DNA of 24,000 bases from an uncultured beta proteobacterium (GCA_963804885.1 CAWDSF010000018.1:218717-242716); one strand, 5' to 3'. Counted from the stretch's first letter, positions 17,077 through 24,000 are shown. Translations and numbers: made by a program. Notes: generated by a model from the letters alone, not told the origin.

Positions 17077-17955
17077 ATGAAGAGCTTAACAAGCGGGTTC
17101 CTGCGCATCGCGGCATTGGCGCTGATGGCGGCATGCGCGAGCGCTGCGCTGGGGGCCGCGTCCAGCGTGCCCTACGTCCCGACACCGCAGGTTGTCGTCG
17201 ATCGCATGCTGCAAATGGGCAAAATAACCCCGCAGGACTATGTCATCGACCTGGGATCGGGCGACGGCCGCATCGTCATCACCGCCGCGCAGAAGTACGG
17301 CGCGCGCGGATTCGGCGTCGACCTGAATCCGGTGCGCATCAAGGAAAGCACCGAGAACGCGGCAAAGGCGGGGGTCAGCGACCGCGTGACGTTCTACGAG
17401 CGCAACCTGTTCGAGACGGATTTGTCGCAGGCGACCGTGATCACGATGTATCTGCTGCCGCGCGTCAACCTCGATTTGCGGCCGAAGATATTGGAATTGA
17501 AGCCCGGCACGCGCATCTTGTCGCACGATTTTTCGATGGACGAGTGGAAAGCCGACGAGGCGGTGAACCTCGACATACAGGACAAATACGGCGTCGGTGC
17601 TGGTTCCGGCACCAGCACGATTTACTTTTGGGTGGTGCCGGCGCGCGTCACGGGGCCGTGGCAATGGCAGTCGACAGTCGCCGGCAAGCCGCAGAATTAT
17701 GAGATGGTGCTCGAGCAGCAATTCCAGATGATCGGCGGCACGGTACGCGTCGGCGGGCGCAGCACGAAGCTGCAGGACGCCAAGCTGCGCGGCGACCAGA
17801 TCAGCGGCAATTTCACCGTCGACGTCAATGGCAGCCCGCTCAAGCACGAACTCGCGGGCCGCGTGAATGGCTCCAGCATCGAGGGCAGCGTCACGCTGAC
17901 CGGTAACCGCATGCAGGGACAGTATGAATGGAACGCCGCGCGCGGCGCCAAGTGA
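17077..17955 (+). CDS. signal-peptide aKMT/FAM173-like methyltransferase with conserved C-domain (paralogue 2)
   Basis: ATG at 17077 with GGGAGGA SD. N-terminus MKSLTSGFLRIAALALMAACASAALGAAS. Motifs VPYVPTPQVVVDRML, DLGSGDGRIVITAAQKYGARGFGVDL, MYLLPRVNLDLRPKILELKPGTRILSHDF and FWVVPARVTGPWQWQ. The track start at 16501 is an extension antisense to the neighbouring gene. Confidence 0.85.
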   Translation: MKSLTSGFLRIAALALMAACASAALGAASSVPYVPTPQVVVDRMLQMGKITPQDYVIDLGSGDGRIVITAAQKYGARGFGVDLNPVRIKESTENAAKAGVSDRVTFYERNLFETDLSQATVITMYLLPRVNLDLRPKILELKPGTRILSHDFSMDEWKADEAVNLDIQDKYGVGAGSGTSTIYFWVVPARVTGPWQWQSTVAGKPQNYEMVLEQQFQMIGGTVRVGGRSTKLQDAKLRGDQISGNFTVDVNGSPLKHELAGRVNGSSIEGSVTLTGNRMQGQYEWNAARGAK

Positions 17956-17983
17956 GAACAAGGATGAGGGAGAAGGCGCAAGG

Positions 17984-18901
17984 ATGAAGTCAATTTCAGC
18001 AATCGCGGCGGGTTTGGCCCTGCTGGTTACGTGCGCGGTCAGCGCGCAGGATTTCGGCGATACGCCTTACGTGCAAACGCCCCAGAACGTGGTCGACAAG
18101 ATGTTGCAGATCGCCAAGGTGGGGCCCGCCGACTATGTGATCGATCTGGGGTCCGGCGACGGCCGCATGATCATCACGGCGGCGCAGAAATACGGCGCGC
18201 GCGGTTTTGGCGTCGATCTCGACAAGCGGCTCGTGCAGCTTGCGAACAAGCGCGCGGCGACTGCAGGCGTAGCCGATCGCGCCGTGTTCTACGAGCGCGA
18301 TCTCTACGAAACCGATCTGACTGCCGCGAGCGTGGTCACGATTTATCTGCTGCCCGAAGTCAACCTGATGGTGCGGCCGCGCCTGCTGGCGACGCTGAAA
18401 CCCGGCACCCGCGTGGTGGCGCACGATTACGACATGGGCGAATGGAAGCCCGACGAGCAACTGGTGATGGATGCGCCCGACAAACCGGTCGGCCGCGACA
18501 AGAAGAGCAAAGTCTTCTATTGGATCGTGCCGGCCAACGCCGCGGGCAAATGGCGGTGGGAAATGCCGGTGGCGGGCAAGCCCGCCGTCTTCACCCTTAA
18601 CATCGCGCAGAATTTTCAGGCGATCAGCGGCAACGTCACCAGCGACGGCGTTACCTGGCCGCTCGAAAACGCGCGGCTGCGCGGCGAGGACATCAGCTTC
18701 ACCGTCAACGATCCGCGCGACAAGACCCGCTATGACTTCAGCGGCCACATCGCCCCCAAAGGGATTACGGGTGCAGTGCAGGTGGCCGGCGTGCGTGCGC
18801 AGAGGCAACTCGAGTGGCAGGCGGCGCGCACCGAGCCCGGTTATCCCGCCCACGCTGCGCTAAAGAAGCCGACCCTGCAAGAACTGCAGCTGGTGCACTA
18901 A
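17984..18901 (+). CDS. signal-peptide aKMT/FAM173-like methyltransferase with conserved C-domain (paralogue 3)
   Basis: N-terminus MKSISAIAAGLALLVTCAVSA|QD. Motifs TPYVQTPQNVVDKML, DLGSGDGRMIITAAQKYGARGFGVDL, IYLLPEVNLMVRP, LKPGTRVVAHDY and YWIVPANAAGKWRWE. It has a unique ~25-aa C-terminal tail (TEPGYPAHAALKKPTLQELQLVH). Confidence 0.85.
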   Translation: MKSISAIAAGLALLVTCAVSAQDFGDTPYVQTPQNVVDKMLQIAKVGPADYVIDLGSGDGRMIITAAQKYGARGFGVDLDKRLVQLANKRAATAGVADRAVFYERDLYETDLTAASVVTIYLLPEVNLMVRPRLLATLKPGTRVVAHDYDMGEWKPDEQLVMDAPDKPVGRDKKSKVFYWIVPANAAGKWRWEMPVAGKPAVFTLNIAQNFQAISGNVTSDGVTWPLENARLRGEDISFTVNDPRDKTRYDFSGHIAPKGITGAVQVAGVRAQRQLEWQAARTEPGYPAHAALKKPTLQELQLVH

Positions 18902-19741
18902 ATGGCGTGGCGCGCCCGCCTTGTCATCGCTGCGGCTGTCGTCTGTTTCGCCACGCCGTCGGCCCGCGCCCAGTTCAGCTATGACGTCCCGTTTGTCCCG
19001 ACGCCCTACGTCGTGGTCGAGGAGATGCTGCGGCTCGCGAAGGTCGGCGCCGACGATTTCGTGATGGACCTCGGCTCCGGCGACGGCCGCATCCTGATTG
19101 CCGCCGCCCGCAAGTTCGGCGCACGCGGCGTAGGCGTCGACCTCGACCCCGATCGCATCGAAGAGAGCCTTTACAGCGCTCAGCTGCAGGGTGTCAGCGA
19201 CCGCGTCACGTTCCTTCAGCAGGACCTCTTCAAGTTCGATTTAAGCCCGGCGACGGTGATCACGATGTATCTGCTGCCATCAGTTAACATGAAGCTGCGC
19301 TCGCGGCTCTACGACTTGAAGCCCGGCACGCGCATCGTGGCGCACGATTTCGACCTCGAAGACTGGCAGCCGGACCAGAAGTCGACCGTGCGCAAGAACG
19401 TGTTTCTCTGGATAGTGCCGGCAAAGGCCGGTGGCCGCTGGCGCACCACCGTGGCGCTGCCCGCGGGCGAGCGCACCTACGATATCGAAATTCGCCAGAA
19501 ATTCCAGGAAATCGACGGCCTCGCGCGCTACGACAAGAAAGTGGCGGGCCTGTGGAATGCGAAATTGAGCGGAGAGCGCATCAATTTCGTGATCGTCGAC
19601 GACAGCGGATCGCTCGACAGCAATCTTTATTTTGACGGCAAAGTCTCCGCCGATGGCATGGAAGGTACGATAGTGCGCGGCGTCGGCGCCGACCAGAAAC
19701 AAATCCCGTGGCGGGCGACGCGCCTGCCCGAGGCGAAATGA
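18902..19741 (+). CDS. signal-peptide aKMT/FAM173-like methyltransferase with conserved C-domain (paralogue 4)
   Basis: The ATG directly abuts the preceding TAA. N-terminus MAWRARLVIAAAVVCFATPSARA|QF. Motifs VPFVPTPYVVVEEML, DLGSGDGRILIAAARKFGARGVGVDL, MYLLPSVNMKLRS, LKPGTRIVAHDF and LWIVPAKAGGRWRT. It has the shortest linker of the family. Confidence 0.85.
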   Translation: MAWRARLVIAAAVVCFATPSARAQFSYDVPFVPTPYVVVEEMLRLAKVGADDFVMDLGSGDGRILIAAARKFGARGVGVDLDPDRIEESLYSAQLQGVSDRVTFLQQDLFKFDLSPATVITMYLLPSVNMKLRSRLYDLKPGTRIVAHDFDLEDWQPDQKSTVRKNVFLWIVPAKAGGRWRTTVALPAGERTYDIEIRQKFQEIDGLARYDKKVAGLWNAKLSGERINFVIVDDSGSLDSNLYFDGKVSADGMEGTIVRGVGADQKQIPWRATRLPEAK

Positions 19742-19742
19742 C

Positions 19743-20633
19743 ATGACGTGCTCGATCGACAGGGCAAGAGCGGCCTTGCTGGCGATGGCGCTGTGTGTGC
19801 TCGGTCTGGCGGGTTCAGTTCGCGCGCAGCAGCAACCCGATGTTCCCTACGTGCAGACGCCAAGGAGCGTCGTTGAGGCTATGCTCGATGCAGGGCGGGT
19901 TACAGCCAACGATTATGTGATCGACCTGGGCTCCGGCGACGGCCGCCTCGTCATTGCGGCGAGCCGGCGAGGCGCCCGCGCCACCGGCGTCGAGCTCGAT
20001 GCCAATCTGGTCGCGACCGCGACCCGCGAAGCCGCGCGTAGCGGGGAGGGCGGAAAAGCGAACTTCGTCAACGCCAACCTGTTCACGTTCGATTTCAGCA
20101 AGGCGACGGTGCTGACGATGTACTTGCTGCCGCATATCAACCTCGATCTGCGCCCGCGCATATTAAGCGGGCTGCGTCCCGGCACGCGTGTGGTGTCGCA
20201 CGATTTCGATATGGGAAAATGGCGGCCCGATCTGCGCCGTGAGATAGCGGTGCCCGACAAGGTCTATGGCCCACCGGTCAGCCAGGTCTATATGTGGTAC
20301 GTTCCGGCGAACGTCGCGGGCAAGTGGCAATGGCGCCTGCCGGTGGGCGATGTCGCCGTCCGCCACGAAGTGACGTTCCGGCAGACTTTCCAGCAATTGA
20401 CGGGCGATGCCGCCATCGAGGGCGGCAGCGCGACGATCGAAGGCGCGAAGTTGCAAGGCGACGCGATCGCATTCACGCTGGTGCATGCCAGCGCCGGACG
20501 CAAAGTGGCATACGAATTCAGCGGCCGTGTGGACGGCGACAAAATAGCCGGCAGCGTCAAGACCGGCGGCGACGACAAAACCTACGACTGGCAGGCGACG
20601 CGATTTGCGCGCGGCCAGATGAGCATCGAATGA
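19743..20633 (+). CDS. signal-peptide aKMT/FAM173-like methyltransferase with conserved C-domain (paralogue 5)
   Basis: 1-nt gap after the previous stop. N-terminus MTCSIDRARAALLAMALCVLGLAGSVRA|QQ. Motifs VPYVQTPRSVVEAML, DLGSGDGRLVIAASRRGARATGVEL, MYLLPHINLDLRPRIL, LRPGTRVVSHDF and MWYVPANVAGKWQWR. Confidence 0.85.
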   Translation: MTCSIDRARAALLAMALCVLGLAGSVRAQQQPDVPYVQTPRSVVEAMLDAGRVTANDYVIDLGSGDGRLVIAASRRGARATGVELDANLVATATREAARSGEGGKANFVNANLFTFDFSKATVLTMYLLPHINLDLRPRILSGLRPGTRVVSHDFDMGKWRPDLRREIAVPDKVYGPPVSQVYMWYVPANVAGKWQWRLPVGDVAVRHEVTFRQTFQQLTGDAAIEGGSATIEGAKLQGDAIAFTLVHASAGRKVAYEFSGRVDGDKIAGSVKTGGDDKTYDWQATRFARGQMSIE

Positions 20634-20652
20634 TCAAACCGGAGAAGAAAAA

Positions 20653-21552
20653 ATGACGCAACTGAAACATCTGTTCGGCGCTGTCCTCATGCTGGCGCTG
20701 ATCATGCCCGTGCTTGCGCTTGCCCAGGATGAGAAGGAGCGCGGCGTCGGCAACGTCGTTTACGTGCCGACACCCCAGGTTGTCGTCGATGAAATGCTGC
20801 GCATGGCAAAAGTAGGGCCAGCCGATTTTGTCATCGACCTGGGGTCGGGCGACGGCCGCATGGTGAGGACCGCCGCGAAGAAATTCGGCGCGCGCGGGTT
20901 TGGCGTCGATCTCTCCGACGACCTGCTGCGCGAAAGCAATGCGCTCGCCCTCTCCGACGGCATCGCCGACCGCGCGCGCTTCATCAAGGAGGACCTGTTC
21001 GAGACCGACTTGACCAAGGCCACGGTCATCACGAGCTACCTGTTGCCGGAAATGAACCAGAAACTGCGGCCGAAGATTCTGAATCTCAAGCCGGGCACGC
21101 GCGTGGTCGCGCACGACTACCACATGGGCGAGTGGCCGTCGGACGAGAACAAGGAAATCATCGTGCCGGAAAAGAAGGTGGGCGTCGCCGGCCGCAGCTA
21201 TGTTTACCTGTGGATAGTGCCGGCCAAAGTCGGCGGGCGGTGGCAGGCGCAGATCAATTCTCCCGCGCATCCCGGCGGACTCGAGCTCGAGTTCGTGCAG
21301 AAATTTCAGAAGCTGGAAGGCAGCGCCAAAAGCGGCGGCCAGACTGTCGCGCTGCTGGCGCCGAAAATCGAAGCCGATCAGCTGAGTTTCGCGCTCTTCA
21401 CCAAGCCCGGCGATAGCGCAACACGCCATCAGTTCACCGGCGCTGTCAAAGGCGACACCATCGAAGGGCTCGTCAAAGTTGGCGACGGCGCGAAACAGCA
21501 GCAGTTGCCGTGGACGGCTAAGGTGGTGCAACGCGTGGCGGGGCCGCAATGA
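20653..21552 (+). CDS. signal-peptide aKMT/FAM173-like methyltransferase with conserved C-domain (paralogue 6)
   Basis: GGAGAAG SD upstream. N-terminus MTQLKHLFGAVLMLALIMPVLALA|QD. Motifs VVYVPTPQVVVDEML, DLGSGDGRMVRTAAKKFGARGFGVDL, SYLLPEMNQKLRPKIL, LKPGTRVVAHDY and LWIVPAKVGGRWQAQ. Its stop overlaps the start of the permease. Confidence 0.85.
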   Translation: MTQLKHLFGAVLMLALIMPVLALAQDEKERGVGNVVYVPTPQVVVDEMLRMAKVGPADFVIDLGSGDGRMVRTAAKKFGARGFGVDLSDDLLRESNALALSDGIADRARFIKEDLFETDLTKATVITSYLLPEMNQKLRPKILNLKPGTRVVAHDYHMGEWPSDENKEIIVPEKKVGVAGRSYVYLWIVPAKVGGRWQAQINSPAHPGGLELEFVQKFQKLEGSAKSGGQTVALLAPKIEADQLSFALFTKPGDSATRHQFTGAVKGDTIEGLVKVGDGAKQQQLPWTAKVVQRVAGPQ

Positions 21553-22904
21553 GCGCGCCGGCGGGGAACGCACAGCCGCAGCGGAGACTCTCGCTCGGCG
21601 ATGCCGTCGCGATGATCGTCGGCATCGTGATCGGCGTCGGCATCTTCAGGGCGCCGGCTATCGTCGCCGGCAATTCTGCCAATGAAACGATTTTCCTGGG
21701 CCTGTGGCTCGCGGGCGGAGTTGTCTCGCTGATCGGCGCCTTGTGTTACGCCGAGCTCGGCAGCGCCTATCCGAACGCGGGCGGCGAGTATTTCTTCCTG
21801 CGCCGCGCGTACGGCGACTGGCTGTCGTTTTTGTTTGCCTGGGCACGCATGACCGTGATCCAGACCGGCGCGATCGCCGCCATTGCATTCGTAATCGGTG
21901 ATTACGCAACGCAGATGTATTCGCTGGGCACCAAAGGACCGGCAATCTATGCCGCCATTGCAGTCGTGCTCATCACGTGGCTCAATATCATCGGCACAAC
22001 CCAGGGCAAATGGCTGCAAAACATTTTGGCCCTGGTCCTTGCGCTCGCGATTATTGGCGTGGTGGCGGCGGGGTTGTCCGCGACGCCGCCTGCGCCTGTA
22101 CAGGCAGCTGCAGCTGCCGGCGCCCCGGCTTCGTGGTTTTCCGGCCTGGCGCTTATATTCGTCTTGCTCGCTTACGGCGGCTGGAACGAAGCCGCGTACC
22201 TCACGGCCGAGATGCGCGACAGCAAGCGCGGCATCGTGTATGCGCTCATCATCGGCATCCTGGTCATCACGGCGCTTTATTTGCTGTTGAATTATGCGTA
22301 TCTCAACGCGCTGGGTCTGGAAGGCGTGAAGAATTCCAAGGCGGTCGGCACCGATTTGATGAAAGCGACGTGGGGCGATGCCGGCGCGCTGGTGCTGGGT
22401 ACCGCGGTGGTGGCTGCCGCATTATCGACGCTGAATGCGACGGTGTTTACCGGCGCACGCACCAATTACGCACTGGGCCGTGACTTCAAATTATTCCGTT
22501 TTCTCGGCGAATGGCGCGCGCAATCCGATGCGCCGGTCAACGCATTGTTGCTGCAGGGTGCGATCGCGCTGGGACTGGTGCTGCTCGCATCGTCCACCCC
22601 CGACGGCTTCCAGACCATGGTTGCGTACACCGCGCCGGCGTTCTGGCTGTTCTTCCTGCTCACGGGGATCTCATTGTTTGTGCTGCGGCGCCAGCCCCCG
22701 GTCAATGCCGATCCGTTTCGCGTGCCGCTCTATCCGGTCACGCCGCTGGTGTTTTGCGCGATGTGCTGCTTCATGCTGTATTCAAGCGTGAATTATGCGC
22801 TGAGCCTCGATCCCGGGAGTATCGGTGCCATCGTCGGAATCGGTGTACTGCTCGCGGGGATCCCGGTGCTGTTCGTGGCGCGCACCGCGCAGCGTAAAGC
22901 CTAA
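21549..22904 (+). CDS. APC-superfamily amino acid/polyamine/organocation permease (LAT/SteT-like)
   Basis: 451 aa with about 12 TM segments. Contains IVGIVIGVGIFRAP and GALCYAELGSAYPNAGGEYFFLRRAYG, which are characteristic of APC/LAT-type permeases. The ATG overlaps the stop of paralogue 6 (ATGA at 21549-21552). Confidence 0.85.
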   Translation: MSAPAGNAQPQRRLSLGDAVAMIVGIVIGVGIFRAPAIVAGNSANETIFLGLWLAGGVVSLIGALCYAELGSAYPNAGGEYFFLRRAYGDWLSFLFAWARMTVIQTGAIAAIAFVIGDYATQMYSLGTKGPAIYAAIAVVLITWLNIIGTTQGKWLQNILALVLALAIIGVVAAGLSATPPAPVQAAAAAGAPASWFSGLALIFVLLAYGGWNEAAYLTAEMRDSKRGIVYALIIGILVITALYLLLNYAYLNALGLEGVKNSKAVGTDLMKATWGDAGALVLGTAVVAAALSTLNATVFTGARTNYALGRDFKLFRFLGEWRAQSDAPVNALLLQGAIALGLVLLASSTPDGFQTMVAYTAPAFWLFFLLTGISLFVLRRQPPVNADPFRVPLYPVTPLVFCAMCCFMLYSSVNYALSLDPGSIGAIVGIGVLLAGIPVLFVARTAQRKA

Positions 22905-22954
22905 TTCTTGCTAAACGTTATTTGAACCCGAACGACAGAAGAGACAAAAAAATC

Positions 22955-23536
22955 GTGGAAATAAATCTCAGGAAGCTGCTGACTGCCGCGGTGTTGGGCG
23001 CGCTGGCCTCAAGCCCCGCATTTGCCAAGGAATGCAAAGGCGTTACTTTTCCCGATCAAGTGCAGAGCGGAGGGACGACCTTGGTGTTGAACGGCCTTGG
23101 ACTGCGCCAGGCGAGCGCATTCAAAGTGAGCGTCTATGTTGCCGGTTTGTACGTTGCGCAGACGTCTACCGACGGGAATGCGATTCTGGCTTCAAATTCG
23201 CGCAAGGAGCTCGTGCTTCAATTCGTGCGGGACGTCGGCGCCAGCGATCTGAGCAAGGCATGGCAGGAGGGATTCGAGTTGACCGCGAAAACGCAATTGC
23301 CTGCGCTCAATGAGCGAATTGAAAAACTCAAAGGCTGGATGTCCGCAATGAAAAACGGCGAGCGCCTCATTTTTGTTGCGAAACAGGGCGGCGGCATCGA
23401 AGTAAACGTGAACGGAACCGTCAAAGGCACAATCGACGGTGATGACTTCGCAAAAGCATTTCTTTCAATGTGGCTGGGCGCAACACCTGTCAATCCGGCG
23501 ATGAAGGCCGGGTTGTTGGGTAGCGCTTGCGCATGA
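22955..23536 (+). CDS. exported chalcone-isomerase-like (CHI-fold) protein
   Basis: I chose the GTG at 22955 (VEINLRKLLTAAVLGALASSPAFA|KE, a signal peptide). LVLNGLGLRQASAFKVSVYVAGLYV and FAKAFLSMWLG match the bacterial chalcone-isomerase-like family pattern (from memory). The start is uncertain; the track begins at TTG 22922. Confidence 0.65.
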   Translation: MEINLRKLLTAAVLGALASSPAFAKECKGVTFPDQVQSGGTTLVLNGLGLRQASAFKVSVYVAGLYVAQTSTDGNAILASNSRKELVLQFVRDVGASDLSKAWQEGFELTAKTQLPALNERIEKLKGWMSAMKNGERLIFVAKQGGGIEVNVNGTVKGTIDGDDFAKAFLSMWLGATPVNPAMKAGLLGSACA

Positions 23537-23692
23537 CTCAGCGGCTGCGGTAATCCCGGAGGTGTCTATTCCGCAGGTCTTGCGACGATCCGGTAGCTTC
23601 ACGGCGGCAGCAGCCTCACCCGCGCAGGCGCAACGCCGGCCTTGACCGCTGCTCCAGCCAAGTAGTGCCCGAAGTCAGTGCCTGCGCGGGTA

Positions 23693-24000
23693 TCAGTAAA
23701 CGGATCCTTCGATGACCTGATCTGCCCGCAGCAGTATCGCCTCCGGAACTTTAATTCCGAGCGTTTTTGCCGTGTTCAGATTGACCGTCATTTCGAATTT
23801 CGTCGGTTGTTCGACCGGAAGATTGGCTGGATTGGCGCCTTTCAGAATCCTGTCGACGTATACCGCGGAGCGCCGGTAGATGTCAGCGTAATTCGGGCCG
23901 TAGGCGATCAACGCACCCTCGGCTCCGGCCGCCGGCCAGGCAAATATCGTTGCCAAGTGGTTGTTCATCGCAGCGTCAATGATACGGCTGCGAAAACGGA
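23693..24000 (-). CDS. ABC transporter substrate-binding protein (COG2984-type), C-terminal part; the N-terminus lies beyond the window
   Basis: The minus-strand frame is open from the window edge to the stop at 23693-23695. GALIAYGPNYADIYRRSAVYVDRILKGANPANLPVEQPTKFEMTVNLNTAKTLGIKVPEAILLRADQVIE is the conserved C-terminus of the 'ABC transporter substrate binding protein' family (from memory). Confidence 0.75.
   Translation of the reverse strand, partial: RFRSRIIDAAMNNHLATIFAWPAAGAEGALIAYGPNYADIYRRSAVYVDRILKGANPANLPVEQPTKFEMTVNLNTAKTLGIKVPEAILLRADQVIEGSVY

Larger units (their letters stand above)
17077..21552 (+). repeat. tandem array of five paralogous genes (unit about 0.84-0.92 kb) encoding signal peptide, aKMT-like MTase core and conserved C-domain
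   Basis: Five consecutive same-strand ORFs with colinear conserved motifs. Intergenic gaps are 28, 0, 1 and 19 nt. Nucleotide comparison of the DLGSGDGR...GVDL block shows many synonymous differences, so these are diverged paralogues and not a recent repeat. Confidence 0.85.

Noticed and set aside
15869-17185. 438-aa minus-strand ORF, plus the plus-strand extension 16501-17076 of the paralogue-2 ORF
   Set aside because: Both overlap the well-supported SpeE-like gene in other frames or on the other strand and are R/P/A-rich. The paralogue-2 family alignment, the SD and the signal peptide all support the start at 17077.
17260-17330. Identical AAQKYGARGFGVDL peptide block in paralogues 2 and 3, considered as evidence of recent gene conversion
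   Set aside because: The underlying nucleotides differ at many synonymous positions (accgccgcgcagaagtac...ggattcggcgtcgacctg versus acggcggcgcagaaatac...ggttttggcgtcgatctc). The identity therefore reflects purifying selection, not recent conversion.
17086-21573. Series of ~100-340 aa minus-strand ORFs (17086..17961, 17996..18853, 19280..19744, 20557..21573)
   Set aside because: Each mirrors one of the plus-strand paralogues, and the translations have no motifs. The recurrence simply reflects the repeated plus-strand gene family in GC-rich sequence.
1-24000. Search for CRISPR repeats, IS/transposase or integrase genes, toxin-antitoxin or known defence-system genes, and rRNA/tRNA
   Set aside because: None was seen. 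There are no short regularly spaced direct repeats and no transposase- or recombinase-like translations in any of the listed ORFs. Every sizeable ORF is accounted for by the features listed above.

Overview
High-GC, proteobacterium-like chromosomal window, densely coding. I found no rRNA, tRNA, CRISPR array, IS element or integrase. There are four blocks.
(1) 1-2.9 kb encodes envelope-targeted proteins: a 5'-truncated class I methyltransferase, an MBL-fold lipoprotein hydrolase, a signal-peptide aKMT/FAM173-like methyltransferase (paralogue 1) and a convergent Spy/CpxP-like periplasmic protein.
(2) 3.0-14.2 kb is a K+ homeostasis supercluster. It holds an orphan KdpD-like module (TM plus GAF only), an unannotated 30-codon membrane micropeptide ORF overlapping kdpF, then kdpF, kdpA, kdpB, a kdpC broken by two compensating 1-nt frameshifts, kdpD, kdpE and kup. 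The same 11-bp direct-repeat, OmpR/PhoB-type promoter layout occurs upstream of both the orphan kdpD-like gene and the kdp operon.
(3) 14.3-15.3 kb is a lower-GC islet with a small membrane protein and a DUF1801-like protein.
(4) 15.3-23.5 kb is the most unusual part. A membrane-fused spermidine-synthase-like gene is divergent from a tightly packed operon of five tandem paralogous genes. Each encodes a Sec-type signal peptide, an aKMT/FAM173-like seven-beta-strand (protein-lysine) methyltransferase core with intact SAM motifs, and a conserved uncharacterised C-terminal domain of about 100 aa. The last paralogue overlaps an APC-family permease by ATGA, and an exported chalcone-isomerase-like protein follows. 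With paralogue 1 at 1416 there are six copies of this architecture, and eight Rossmann-fold SAM-enzyme genes, in 24 kb.
The window ends in a partial minus-strand ABC substrate-binding protein. Most long minus-strand ORFs in the track are GC-driven shadow ORFs.
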